From the NCBI RefSeq assembly GCF_009914755.1, contig NC_060932.1: a DNA stretch of 64,000 nt, one strand, 5' to 3'. Below the pieces are notes generated by a model that searched no databases, had not been told where the DNA came from, and saw nothing but the letters and a program-made list of their open reading frames with translations. Shown one piece after another: positions 12,869-25,876 of this stretch. Source of the DNA: the human T2T-CHM13v2.0 reference genome, Homo sapiens. A program made the position numbers and the translations under genes. Position 1 is the stretch's first letter. Every line of letters starts with the position of its first letter.

Positions 12869-13490
12869 AAACCCAAATCAATCACTGGAATTTCTCAAAT
12901 TCAACAAAATGTGGAAGAGGGAAAGAAGTAAGAGAGAAAGAAACGTGTTTTGATTTGTTTCCATTTCAGGACATGCAGAGTCTCTGAAATGTGTATTTTC
13001 ATAAAATGAAGATCAGCTAATTGCAAACGTATTCATCCCCTCACACGTTTGGACAAACCCTTTATATGACAGGTATTCATTAAGGTCATATGCATTATTA
13101 AGCAGGCCCTATTCAAGCACCATCTGCAATGTAAAGAAAATATATATATATTTATTGAAAACAGATGACCCTCGAGGGTGTAAACTTGCAAAGTCGCAGT
13201 CTCAAACATACCTATGAGTAAATGCCCACGTATTAATTTTGAAGTTAGAGACCGTGCTTCATACTTTGAAAAAACTCAAGACCTTGAATTTGTAGGAGAG
13301 ACCCGAAATGACTCTAGAGGAAGACAGCATCTTAGTCGTGTATTACATACCAGTCTTTGCAAATGCTCTCACTGGAATCATTCACTATAGCAATATTATT
13401 CGTCGATGATTAAGCCACAGACCTAATTGTCTATTAATCAAATTATCTTTCTTAACGTTTCTCTACTAATTCACCTTGGCACATTTGTTT

Positions 13491-13764
13491 GTTTTTATTT
13501 ACTCGTTTTGAGATGGAGTTTCACTCTTGTTGCCCAGGCTGAAGTGCATTGGTACAATCTTGGCTCACTGCAACCTCCACCTCCTGGTTTCAAGCGATTC
13601 TCCTGCCTTAGCCTCCTGAGTAGCTAGGATTACAGGTGCCTGCCACCATGCCCAGCTAATTTTTGTATTTTTAGTAGGGATGGGGTTTCACCACGTCAGC
13701 CAGGCTGGTCTTAAACTCCTGACTTCAGGTGATCTACCCGCATCGACCTCCCAAAGTGCTGGGA
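13491..13764 (-). mobile_element. AluSq/Sp-like, 5' truncated
   Basis: GAGTTTCACTCTTGTTGCCCAGG; TSD GGCACATTT at 13478-13486 and 13765-13773. Confidence 0.95.
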
Positions 13765-13835
13765 GGCACATTTATTTAACACATTAAACTCTGGAATAAT
13801 ATTTTCTTTAGCAGTACTAAAGTTTAGCTTTTTAA

Positions 13836-14024
<189 letters not shown>

Positions 14025-14616
14025 TGAATGACTTACATTACAAATTTGAGTAGATTTGTTTAAGGATGTAGCTAAGATTTTTTTTAAAGCTATGTTGTTT
14101 TCATGATGTACTTTGCAAAATAATACATTCCACTTGACATCTTATAATTTGATTATATAATTTTTAAAATTTGGTTTTACTTCCTTCCTTGGCTCTGGGA
14201 GGAGTGTGATTTCTTTCCCTTGCAGAATGAATATTTCCATTTAATCTATTCGAGTTTGGGCCTCTGACTTCTCAGCTTATTGTTTCTAAGGAAATGTGCA
14301 GGAAACGTCACATATCAGCTTTTGAGAGTAAAAATAATGAATGGACGTTTGAAATGAGTAAGAATTAGTCTTACCCTCTGTCCCACCTAGGCCACGTGTT
14401 TGCCTTGTGCCTCATTTCCCACAACTGGAAGCTCCCAGCTGAATAATCATATCCCAACATGCTGAGTTAATTGAAGAAAGGTGCTATATAAACACGAGGT
14501 ACCATTATTATGGTCATTTTCCCAGGCCTTGGGCTTCCCCACCCACTTCCTCTAAATTTACAATGAAATAAAAAACGTAGCCTCCAAGTGGATGCAGATT
14601 TGAGAGCAATGTCTTT

Positions 14617-14631
14617 GGCGCCCTCTCGTGG
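14617..14631 (-). promoter_or_regulatory. Candidate CTCF site
   Basis: - strand CCACGAGAGGGCGCC, close to core CCASYAGRKGGCRS; retains CpGs in CpG-poor non-repeat DNA. Confidence 0.65.
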
Positions 14632-15425
14632 TCGCCTCTATGTAGAAATCACTTGGGTGATGGAGGCTTAGTTGAAGGCAGAAATTCCCTTCAAGCCCGT
14701 TTAGAGGGGAAAAGATACGGTAGAGGCACATAATTCCTTTACATCAGTATTTTTAAACAAAATTATCATGTATAAAAATATCAAGCAGTCTTCACTATAT
14801 TTAAAAATAACATTAGCATGGCTTCTGAATGGGAAAGGTACAAGAAATATTTTTCTTGACAACCTAGTCACTCAACAAGTTGCTACTAGGGCAAATCTTT
14901 CTATCCTGAAACTAGAGGCTACGTTATGAATGCTGGAGAATATGTGGAAGTACTTAGCAACCAGGACCTCTAGTAATCAGCCAGTACTTTATAAATGCTT
15001 CTTGAATCTGTGTATTGTCTCAAATCCACCATGATCTAGCTGGGTGAGGTCAAACAAACCATTTGCACTGGCTGACCTACAATTTCTTCATTCCTAAAAA
15101 CAAAGCATTGAACCAAATTGGTGGTTTCTAAAATTATCAATTGGTTTAATCAGCTGAGCCCCTTTTTATGGATGAAATATTCCACAGAATGCAAAAATAC
15201 AAAATAAAATGAAAGACTGTGGAACCATTCCACCTCAGGCTGTGTTGAGGAAGCTGAGCTTGGCCAACTTAGATCTTCATTTCCCCCAAAGTCTCTTTGG
15301 AAGCCTGATACGACCCTAGAACTGCGTGGGACACAGTTCAAAAATCATTTTTACTAGTCATCTCTATTGTTTAAGCTCTAATTTTAAAACTGCCCTAAAA
15401 TATTATTTTATTAGTTTGCTACTAG

Positions 15426-15728
<303 letters not shown>

Positions 15729-18529
15729 GGTACTTAAATTTTTAACCTTTCTATTGCTCTCTAGTATTTTTTTTTTTTACTTCAATCATTAGTGTGTGCA
15801 CAGAGGTGGTGAGGTTAAATAAAAAGGCACTCCCAAGCCTCCCGTGTATCCTCATAATGCTTTTGACATTTCATGAGTCTACAAATACTTCTATTTAATC
15901 ACACATACTCCTGAGTATCAGATACTCAACTTGATGCTGGATTTTAGCAGGACAAAGAAGCTGATTGAAGTGTAATCCAGTGGACAGAATGTTGAAGGCT
16001 AGAAAGTACTATCATATAATATAACTGGATAAGACCAAAAAATGTATATGAATGCTGACATTTATGTGACAAAGTAGTCTACATTTTATAGCTGTTCAGA
16101 GAAAAGGGAGAGCAGTATGTTTTGCAGGAATCAAAGGACAAAGTGAGATGAGCTTAGCCTATAAGAATAGATGACCTTGGATACTCAAAAGGATCAGAGG
16201 CAGATTTTAAAAGTCTTGATAAAATGTGGGCAGGATTGAATGTAAAGAACCTAGCTTTGTGAGGCCATGGGTATGCAGGGGGACCATAGGCTTTAAAATC
16301 AATGGTTCCATTGCTTCACCCTGGCTCTACTTTTTTGTCAATGAGAGAATGTTAGTGAAGACACAACAATATGTGACACTAAATAGTAATCTATTTTCCT
16401 CCCTTAAAGGATGATACAAAGAAAAAAAAAACCTACTCTGTTCTCATATATGTACTTTTTATCATGTAAAACATAAGATTATAACATATTTACAATATAA
16501 GTTCACAAAGTATATTTAGAAAGGTTATTTAAGTTTTAACCTTTAAACAGATAATTCATTTTTAAATTTATTTTTAATACATAAATCAATGATGTTAAGT
16601 GTTGGTATAACACTTAGAAACATGAGCATATATGGGCATATGAAAAGTTTCTCACTGTCAGGTAAGCATGCCTCAGGAACTCTACTGGCTAAGTCGGTGC
16701 TGCCCTAAACAGATAGCACAAGTCATCAGCCATCACCTACCCAAGAAGTAGACTATGTCATAATATTGGAAATCTCACATTTCAAATATAAGAGATGGAA
16801 CACAGCTAAAATGAGAGGTCTTTTTTTCTTATGTCACTATTCAAATACCATTTTCAGGGAACAAAAGTCAGAGAAGGTAAGAGGTAACATGAAAGTTAGC
16901 TGATTCTTATAAAATAATCACAGCTCCTAGTTGATCTTCGCCAAAATTCACCCCACCCCTCACCTATTACAAAATTGAGGGAAAAGGTGTTTCTCCTCAT
17001 AAGTAAGTTGCTATTGCTGCTCTTTTTCATTTCACACCCAGGCTTATGTGTTTTCTGGCTCTGGAAGGGAGTGAGGGAGGGCAGGAAATGTGGTTTTACC
17101 TACTCTACTTCCTGCCAGGTCAGCCCTAGGAAGTGCTAAGGACCTGGAGCTGTGGGTTCAAGTCAGGTCCTGAAATCTCCCTGAATCAATTAGGTTCATC
17201 CCTGGAGAAGGAGACTTGCTGTTAATAAAATATGTATAGTCCAGACTAAGAAAGAACACTGATAGGAAACAACATCTTTCCTCACTTTGAAGTCAAGGGC
17301 AAGACAAACCGGATAATCCCGAGGATGCTGGAAAGGTATTTGAATATGAAAAGTTAGCATCTCTTCATAATTGAAAAATATTTTAGTGCACTTGAAACTA
17401 AAAAAAATTATATTTGAATAAGTAGGTAACATATTTTCTAGGGAGAAAGGACATATAACTATTGGAAAGAAGGACAGATAATTATTATTATGCAGAGGAT
17501 GTACCTAACAGGAAAACAAAAACATTACTTTGACAGTTGTGGAGAATCAAGAGATTCAGTTTAAGTGAATGATTACAATACTTATAGAGAACATATATGA
17601 AATTTCATATATAACAGCCATAACAGCTTCTATTGTGAAGGGAAAAATAGTGCATTCAAAATATAATGGAATATACTCCATTCACGATAGTAAGAAAAAT
17701 GAAAATGCCATAAATAAACCGTAACAAATACTTTAGACAAAACTTGAGAAGATACAATAATAGAAATGACATAATGGGGATATGGTCTATCGTCTTTCTG
17801 AAACATGTAAAGTTTCTTGGTCATCCCATTCTGATGCTGCAAGTGGTAAAAGATTATTTAACACAATTTTAAATCATGGTTACTAACTTTTAGTCCATGC
17901 CTTGAGCAGAGAATTTTGGACTTCAAAGTTTGGAGTTTTAGACTGTGTACCACTATCAAAAGCAAGCAGCTCACCTCAAATCCCTTGATGGTCTCAGACT
18001 TACATCCTCTTCCATTCACCAGCCACCCAGGCTTCCAAATTTTCTGTTTAATGGGCTCTTCATTACAGGTGACCATAGAGAGCCTATGCATGACATCACT
18101 GCGAGCTGCCAGAGAGTTCAAGCCCTTAATTGTACAAAGAATTTTTATGGCTGTCAGCACCAACGAGGCCAGGCCATAAATCCTGAATTTCTCCAACTTC
18201 TTTGCTGGAAAGGCCTACGATTTTTTTTTCCAGCACTAATTTTCGTATTAGTTTAGTCGTAAGCACAAAAGTCCAACTTAGAGCATCCAGTGTCAAAAAT
18301 ACATTATTGTAAGCAAAAGAATGATGAGTTGATGAAGGCAGAAAGAAATTATTAAAGGATAGTGATACCTTACAGAACCTTTTGAGATGCCAGGAAAATA
18401 AGCTTGGAGGTTACACAGGCAGGGAGAATGTCTCAAATCAGAAGAGGACACATTCTTCTGCCGCTGCTGAGATTTAGGTGACGCATTTGACTGACACTGG
18501 ACACTTATGCCACTGGAATTGCAGAGACC

Positions 18530-19205
18530 AGTTCCTGCTTATCCTGGGTTACCTATCAGTCTATAGAGTTATTCAGACAAGTCCATCACATCCTTTTATA
18601 GGCACCAGGGAGTATCCCGTTTCTTGATGCTGTTTCTAACAGTCCTTGGTTGTGCACTTGGTTCCTGAATGCAACCTCTGTGTGGTCCTGCGTGGTGCAA
18701 TGCCCTCCTCTCCCAGGCTGACTGTATGTGAGTAATAAACTGATATGGTTAGGCTCTGTGTACCCCTCATATCTCATGTGGAATTGTAATTCCCAGTTTT
18801 GGGGGAGGGACCTGGAGGGAGGTGATTGGATCATGGGAGTGGATTTCCCCCTTGCTTTTCGTGTGATAGTGAGTGAGTGCTCATGAGATCTGGTTGTTTA
18901 AAAGTGTGTAGCACTTCTCCCTTCCCCTTCCCTCTCTCTCCTGCTCTGCCATGGTAAGATGTGTTTGCTTCCCCTCCAACTTCCACCATGATTGTAAGTT
19001 TCCTGAGGCTCCCCAGCCATGCTTCCTGTACAGCCTGTGGAACTGAGTCAATTAAGCCTCTTTTCTTTATAAATTACCCAGTCATGGGTAATTCACTGAC
19101 AATGTCATCTGTCCATTGTGTTGGGTGTTGTGTTTGACCATCCCCATAACCCTATGGTGAGAATTATTTCCTCATTAATAAAATGAAGAAGAGGCCAATA
19201 AAACA
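18530..19205 (+). mobile_element. MER76-like ERVL LTR (partial), interrupted by MSTA
   Basis: TATTCAGACAAGTCCATCACATCC..GAGTAATAAAC, resumes TCATCTGTCCATTGTG..CCATCCCCATAACCCTA..AAAACA. Confidence 0.7.
18741..19095 (+). mobile_element. MSTA-like MaLR LTR
   Basis: TGATATGGTT..GAGGTGATTGGATCATGG..AATTAAGCCTCTTTTCTTTATAAATTACCCAGTC. Confidence 0.88.
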
Positions 19206-19404
19206 CCTTTGTATAGTAAGATTTTGTTTTCAATGCTAAATCATAGTATAATCATTTATAAATTTTTTAAAAGTAATTAAATTTAGCATATGTAGAAGAA
19301 TCCACAAAACTTGACTGAGAAGAGATCAACACAGATGTCTGTGATCAACTTCGTATGTGTGGAGACAATGGCAACTTTCCCATGACTGCAACTTAGTCAG
19401 CAGC

Positions 19405-19604
19405 AGGTGCAAGAATAACAAGTGCAGTACGTGATTCAATGTGGTCTGCAGCCTGTTTTAGAATGACCTGTGAACTAGGAATTATTTTTATTTATTTAAA
19501 GGGTTGTAAAAACAAGGGAAGAACAATATGCAGCGGACACCAAGTGTGGACTGCAAAACCTAATATACTATCTAACCCCTTATAGAAAAAGTTTGCTGAC
19601 CTCT
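19405..19604. mobile_element. MER58-like hAT-Charlie MITE
   Basis: Ends ACTATCTAACCCCTTATAGAAAAAGTTTGCTGACCTCT. Confidence 0.7.
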
Positions 19605-19670
19605 AATATAAAGTAGTACAGGTTTGAATGTGTTAATTACCAATAGGTATACTTTTGAGTGATTATTTGA

Positions 19671-19797
19671 TTTATTTATTTGCAGAGATAGGTTCTTGCT
19701 ATGTTTCCCAGGCTGGTCTCAAACTCCTGGCTTTAAGTGATCCTATGGCCTCAGCCTCCCAAAGTGCTGGGATTACAGGCATGAGCCCCCATATGCA
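19671..19797 (-). mobile_element. Alu monomer (FLAM-like)
   Basis: TTGCTATGTTTCCCAGGCTGGTCTCAAACTCCTGG..CTCCCAAAGTGCTGGGATTACAGG. Confidence 0.85.
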
Positions 19798-20105
19798 ACT
19801 TTAGTGATTAGTTTAAAGGTTCTGCAGCTGTCTTCATCCACTGCATCTTTTGTCACCCAATCATTTTTCATGGTACCCTAGGCCCAAAAAAATACCTTTA
19901 AGTACTACTTATTAATTAGGTACAAAAGATAAAATAAATATTTATGTCCTAACAACTTAATAGCCATTTGAAAAGGATAAACCACATAAATTCAAAGAAA
20001 AATGTTATTTTTTAATGAAGTAAAAATGACAGTTACTTAATTTGTTGAGCATGTGAACTTCTTAGGTCTGTATGATTTCGTAAAGCCCAGAGTGAGATTG
20101 GACTC

Positions 20106-20470
20106 TGTATTAGTCTGTTCTCATGTTGCTAATAAAGACATACCCAAGACTGGGTAATTTATAAAGGAAAGGAAGTTTAATTGACTCACAGTTCCACATG
20201 GCTCGAGAGGCCTCACAATCATGGCAGAAGGCAAAGGAGGAGCAAAGTCATATCTTCCAAGGTGGCAGGCAAGAGAGCTTGTGTAGGGGAACTCCCCTTT
20301 ATAAAACCATCAGCTCTCATGAGACTTACTCACTACCATGAGAACAGCATGGGAAAGACCCGCCCTTAGGATTAAATTACTTCCCACCACATCTCTCCCA
20401 TGACACATGGAAATTATGGGAGCTACAATTCAGGATGAGATTTGGGTGGGGACACAGACAAACCATATCA
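20106..20470 (-). mobile_element. THE1 (THE1C-like) solo LTR
   Basis: TGTATTAGTCTGTTCTCA..AAACCATATCA; imperfect TSD GACTC/GACAC. Confidence 0.93.
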
Positions 20471-20598
20471 GACACCATCACCCTCATTTTCTGTTCTACA
20501 GTGATTCACACTTGCTTTTTTATATAGTAACTACTGAAAATCCACCTTTACAAAGATGATCTGGTGGTGAAATTGCAAGCAACTACTACTAGTACTAG

Positions 20599-21045
20599 TA
20601 AGGGAGGAGACCACCCCTCATATTGTCTTATGCCCAATTTCTGCCTCCAAAGAAAGAAGAAGTAAAAATTAAAAGGCAGAAATAAAATCCATAGGCAGAC
20701 AGCCTGGTGCTGCGCCCCGGACCTGGTTAAAGATCGACTGCTGACCTAACCAGTTATGTTATCTACAGATTCCAGACATTGTTGTATGGAAAAGCGCTGT
20801 GAAAATCCCTGTCCTGATTACCGGTGCATGCAGCCCCCAGTCACGTACCCCCTGCTTGCTCAGTCGATTACGACCCTTTCACGCGGATCCCCTTAGAGTT
20901 ATAAGCCCTTAAAAGGGACAGGAATTGCTCACTTGGGGAGCTTGGATTTTGGAGACATGAGTCTGCTGATGCTCCCAGCTGAATAAAGCCCTTCCTTCTA
21001 CAACTCAGTGTCTGAGGGGTTTTGTCTGCGGCTTGTCCTGCTACA
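20599..21045 (+). promoter_or_regulatory. 5' LTR (LTR2 family), intact
   Basis: TAAGGGAGGAGACCACCCCTCATATTG...CTTGTCCTGCTACA; AATAAA at 20982-20987. Confidence 0.93.
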
Positions 21046-21050
21046 TTTCT

Positions 21051-21068
21051 TGGTTCCCTGACCAGGAA
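21051..21068 (+). promoter_or_regulatory. Primer binding site, tRNA-Glu
   Basis: TGGTTCCCTGACCAGGAA, complementary to the tRNA-Glu 3' end with 1 mismatch, 5 nt after the LTR. Confidence 0.9.
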
Positions 21069-21580
21069 GAGAGGTGATTAACTGATGGACGGTTGAGGCA
21101 GCCCCTTAGGCAGCTTAGGCCTGCCCTGTGGAGCATCCCTGCGGGGGACTCCAGCCAGACTGAGTGACGTGGATTCTGAGGGCACTCCTGGGTAGGCATT
21201 TGCCCTGGTGGAATGCCTCGTCAGAGCGGTGCACAGCAGGCCCCCGCAGAGGATCAACGCAGTGGCTGAACACCAGGAAGGAACTGGCACTTGGAGTCTG
21301 GACATGTGAAACTTGGTAAGACTGGTCTTTGGAACTTGCCCACTCCATTTGAGTGGAAGCATGGCCTGATCACCCACGACATGCCTGTACCGGCACTTTG
21401 GTTTTTGTTTTTGACTTGACTCGGATTGCTTGATACTTTGGTTTTGGCCTGGCTTGGATTTCTTGATACTTTGATTTTGGTTTTGATTCTGGTTTGGTGT
21501 AAACTGTAAAAGTGTGTGTGCGCCCTTTTTACCCTCTCTTTGTTTTGTGCTGTGAGTGTGGTGGTTTTTCTCGAGGAAGT

Positions 21581-21870
21581 GTGGGTCAGGCACAAGGTAA
21601 GCCCACCCCAGCAGGAACTATGTTGAAAATTTTCAAAAAAGGATTTAAGGGAGACTATGGAGTACTATGACACCAGGAAAACTTAAAACTTTGTGTAAGA
21701 TAGACTGGCCAGCATTAGAGGTGGGTTGGCCATCAGAAGGAAGCCTGGACAGGTCCCTTGTTTCAAAGGCATGGCACAAGACAACCTGGAAGCCAGGGCA
21801 CCCAGACCAGTTCCTGTACATAGACACTCGGTTACAGCTGGTTTTAGACCCCCCACCCCACAGTCGTTGA
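21581..21870 (+). pseudogene. gag: gag matrix remnant (HERV-E-like); GTG at the start position, frameshifted
   Basis: (M)GQAQGKPTPAGTMLK..GDYG / MTPGKLKTLCKIDWPALEVGWPSEGSLD..GHPDQFLYID. Confidence 0.85.
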
Positions 21871-21914
21871 GAGAACAGCAGCATAAGCGGCTGGAAGAGG
21901 CAAGGAAAGACCAG

Positions 21915-22072
21915 CAGAGAGAGAGAAAGGAAAGAGACAGAGAGGAAAAGAGGCAAAGAGAGAGAGGAAGAGACAGCGAGACAAAGAGGGAGTCAAGGAG
22001 AGAGAGACGAAGAGAGAGAGAAAGAGACAGAGGCAACAGGAAAGTCAGAAAGAAAGTCAGAGAAAGAGAGAT
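21915..22072. repeat. AG-rich low-complexity tract inside the provirus
   Basis: Direct reading; source of the spurious R/E-rich and S/L-rich ORFs. Confidence 0.9.
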
Positions 22073-23799
22073 ATACAAGTAGTTAAGAAAAACAACAACA
22101 ACAGTGCACTCTATTCCTTTAAAAGCCAGGGTAAATTTAAAACCTGTAATTGATAATTAAAGGTATTCTCCGTAACTCTATAACACTCCAATACCACTTT
22201 GTTGTCAGCGTAAACAAGGGTGTAGCCCGAAAGCACTGAGGTCACTGACAACCTGTAGCCTTCCTATCAAAAGTCCTTAACCTATCTGCAGATGTCCCAA
22301 ATGCATTCAATCTGTAGCGGCAACTGCTTTGCTAACAGAAGAAAGTAGAAAAATAACTTTTAGAGGAAACCTCATTGTGAGCATACCTCAACAGTTCAGA
22401 AGTATCCTAAGGGAAAAAAAAAAAAAAGCAAAAAGTAGGTTACTAACTTAAAAATCTTAAAGCATGGGGCTGTCCTGTTAAAAAAAAAAGATGATTTAAC
22501 ATTAACCACTGAAAATTCCCTTAATCCAGCAGGTTTCCCAACAGGAGATCTAAATCTTAATTACCATACATAGGTCCAATCAGACCTAGGAGGAACTCCC
22601 TTCAAGACAGGACTATAGACAGTTCTTCCCGGGTAATTGAAGGAAAAAGAAAGCCATCTATACCAATTGTAAGTTAATTTGGACTAAACAAGGTCTTACT
22701 AATAGCAAAGGATAATTGAAATCTCAAACTTACAAGGGTTTCAACAAAAGTAAAGTTTGCTAAAAGTTAACAGTGTAACATGTATTATAGTAACTTCTAA
22801 TCTTGTGGCCTTAGACAGTCTAGTCCACAGACATAAAGGAAGTTTGCTTTGAAAAAGAATGGTTATCGTCGAAAAAAAAAAGGGAAAAAAAGCAGGGGCA
22901 AGACTTACATAAAAAGAATGTTATATGGTAAATTCTTGTCCTGAAATAAATTAACTGGCTGTTTAAAGAAAGAAATGTTGGTAATAAGTCAGAAAGTTAA
23001 GGCACGTCAAAGAATTGCCTGTAAAAGTCGTGAAAGAAAAAAAGTTTAAAAAAAAGTGTGTTAGAAAAAGAATTTATGCAAGAAATGTTATATAATTTAA
23101 AAGTAATTAGGCCTCCTGAATGTAAAACTATTGAAGGGACAGTTTATGTGCAAGGTGTATAAGGAAAGTGAAATATACCTTTGGTAAAGGGATTATAAGG
23201 AGGCATAAGAATGTGGACTTTTACCTACATTAAAAGGTTAAAAAATTGTTTTAAAAGTTTAAGCAAGTTTTCAAATGTTAATTGTGTGTAAATTCTGTGT
23301 GTAAACATATTAGCTAAAGTTAAAGGGGTATCACCCAGTTTTTCTGTGAACTGGACATTAAAGTAAAAACACAATGGGTTTTTCTTAAAGTACTAACCTG
23401 CTCTGTTCAACAAAGATTATAAAAGGTTAAAGAAAGGTCTCTAAAAATCTTACCTTATGGTCTGACATTAAAAATAGAATAAATATGTCTACAAAGTTTT
23501 ATTAAAACTAAGTTTAACATTAATAACACACTAATATAAAGGTGAAATTTAGCTTATCTGGTATAAAAATCATACAAAAAGCATTATTAAATATAAAATG
23601 TTATTTGGCTCTCTTTGGTCTAAAAACTAATAAAAATAGGTGCTAAAGGAAATTTCTCAGTAAGAAGGCACCAAAGACTGTAAAGTCCACTGTTGATGTC
23701 CCCACATTTAAAACAAAAGGTGAATTTCTTAGAAATTATATACCTGGTTTATCTTCCACTTTCCTTTCCCTCAAAACTAAAAGTCTTTTAGCACAGATA

Positions 23800-24050
23800 C
23801 CACCCCTAGAATTTCCATTAAACCAGTGCCAGCCTGAGGATCATGTTCTCATCAAAGGGTGGAAAGAAGAAAAACTCGAGCCAGCCTAGGAAGGACCCTA
23901 CCTTGTGCTGCTAACCACTGAGACTGCTGTGCGTACAGCGAAAAAGGGATGGGCTCATCACACCCGAGTCAAAGCACCACCCCTTCCAGAGTCATGGGCC
24001 ACAGTCCCAGGGGAAAAGCCTACCAAACTAAAGCTAAGAAAAATTTAACT
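23800..24050 (+). pseudogene. pol: Integrase C-terminal (GPY/F) remnant, HERV-I/IP-like
   Basis: QPEDHVLIKGWKEEKLEPA*EGPYLVLLTTETAVRTAKKGWAHHTRVK. Confidence 0.8.
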
Positions 24051-25222
24051 CTTTCATCTATTCTATTACTCTTTCTTCTTTCATCGCTCTATTGCTCACC
24101 ACTTAGTTATTAACATAACCAAGTCGATTTCGCCTCAAACTATTGCATTTAATGCTTGCCTTGTTATACCCTTTGGGGACTTGCCAAGTCAAAGACAGCT
24201 CTCTACTTCAGAAAAGTACCCCTGTCCCTCCTGACTCTCCTCAGACTGGGCATTAGTAAATTAGGACCATTTAATCCAGGGAAATTTCGATAAAGACTCC
24301 AGTGTCAACCAGGAGTCTTGCCCCCTGATGTAGAGCTTTTATGCCAAGTTGGTCCAACGTTCTGTGGACCACTAAAGAGCAAGAATGGACTGCCCCAACC
24401 GGTTTTTGTAATTTCCTAAAATCATACATTCATTTTACTAGAAGATCATAGAAGTTAAAGACTTTAAACACACTTTGGCAATTAAGACAGGATACCAAGA
24501 TGCAAATGCCTAGTTGGAATGGATCAAATATTCCATCTGCACATTAAACAAAAGCAATTGTTATGCTTATGCGCATAGCAGGCCAGAGGCCCAGACTGTC
24601 CCCTTTCCACTAAGGTGGTCCTCCAGTCGACCAGGTGTGGGCTGCATGGTAGCTCTTTTCCAGGATTCTACAGACTGGAGTAATAAGTCATGCCAAGCCC
24701 TCTCTGCTATATCCTGAAGTCTGGCACCCTGTGGGTCAGCCCCCAAGGGCCATCCAGCCTCCATCTCACAACACTAAGTTCACTTCATGACTCTCACGAC
24801 AGGGAGGAAACTTAGCGTTCCTTGGAGACCTGAAGGGATGCAGTGAGCTTAAGAATTTTCAAGAGCTTATCAGTCAGCCCTTGTTCATCGCTGAGTGGAT
24901 GTGTGGTGGTATTGTGGTGGACCTTTGCTGGGCACTCTGCCGAATAACTGGAGTGGCACTTGTACTTTAGTCCAATTGGCTATCCCTTTCACCCTGGCAT
25001 TTCATCAACTAGAGGGAGAAAAAATAAGACATCATAAAGCGAGAGTAGCCTCTTATGGGTCTTTTGACTCTCACATCTATCTAGATGCAATTGGAGTCCC
25101 ACAGGGAATACCAGATAAATTTAAAGCTTGAAATCAAATAGCTGCAGGATATGAGTCAATATTTTGGTGGGTGACAGTTAATAAAAATGTAGATTGGATA
25201 AACTCCATCTATTACAACCAAC
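24050..25222 (+). pseudogene. env: First env remnant (HERV-I/IP-like SU and start of TM)
   Basis: DVWWYCGGPLLGTLPNNWSGTCTLVQLAIPF..YLDAIGVPQGIPDKFKA*NQIAAG..NKNVDWINSIYYNQQ. Confidence 0.8.
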
Positions 25223-25800
25223 AGCAACAAGCTTTTCATGAGTTAAAAGAAAAACTCATGTTGGCCTCAGCCCTGGGGCTACCTGACCTGACAAAATCCT
25301 TTACACTCTATGTGTCAGAAAGAGAAAAAATGGCAGTCGGAGTTTTAACCTAGACTGTGGGGCTCTGGCCAAGGCCAGTGGCCTATCTCTCAAAACAACT
25401 AGACATGGTTTCCAAAGGCTAGCCCCCATGTCTAAGGGCCCTGGCAGCAATAGCCTTGTTAGCACAAGAAGCAGATAAACTAACCCTTGGGCAAAACCTG
25501 AATATACAGGACCCCCATGCTGTGGTAACTTTGATAAATACCAAAGGACATCATTGGTTAACAAATGCTAGATTAACCAAGTACCAAAGCTTGCTATGTG
25601 AAAATCCCTGCATAACCATTGAAGTTTGCAACACTCTAAACCCCACGACCTTGCTCCTGGTATTGGAGAGCCCAGTTGAACATAACTGTGTGGAGGTGTT
25701 GGATTCAGTTTATTCTAGTAGGCCCAATCTCCGAGACCATCCTTGAACATCAGTAGACTGTGAGCGGTACGTGGATGGGAGCAGCTTCGCCAACCCCTGC
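25223..25800 (+). pseudogene. pol: pol RT connection/tether and start of RNase H (HERV-E-like)
   Basis: AFHELKEKL..LGLPDLTKSFTLYV..RPVAYLSKQLD..WLTNARLTKYQSLL..YVDGSSF with in-frame stops. Confidence 0.88.
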
Positions 25801-25876
25801 ACAGTGACTCTGAAGAAGACAACAAGCCCTTCTCCAGTCACACCCAGAAGCTGACTGGTCCACGCATGGCTGAAGC

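Noticed and set aside
17858-18256. Three overlapping ORFs as a coding exon
   Set aside because: Non-ATG starts and no domain similarity; the motif content fits a regulatory element better
21683-22082. R/E-rich and S/L-rich ORFs on opposite strands
   Set aside because: Translations of the AG-rich tract inside the provirus
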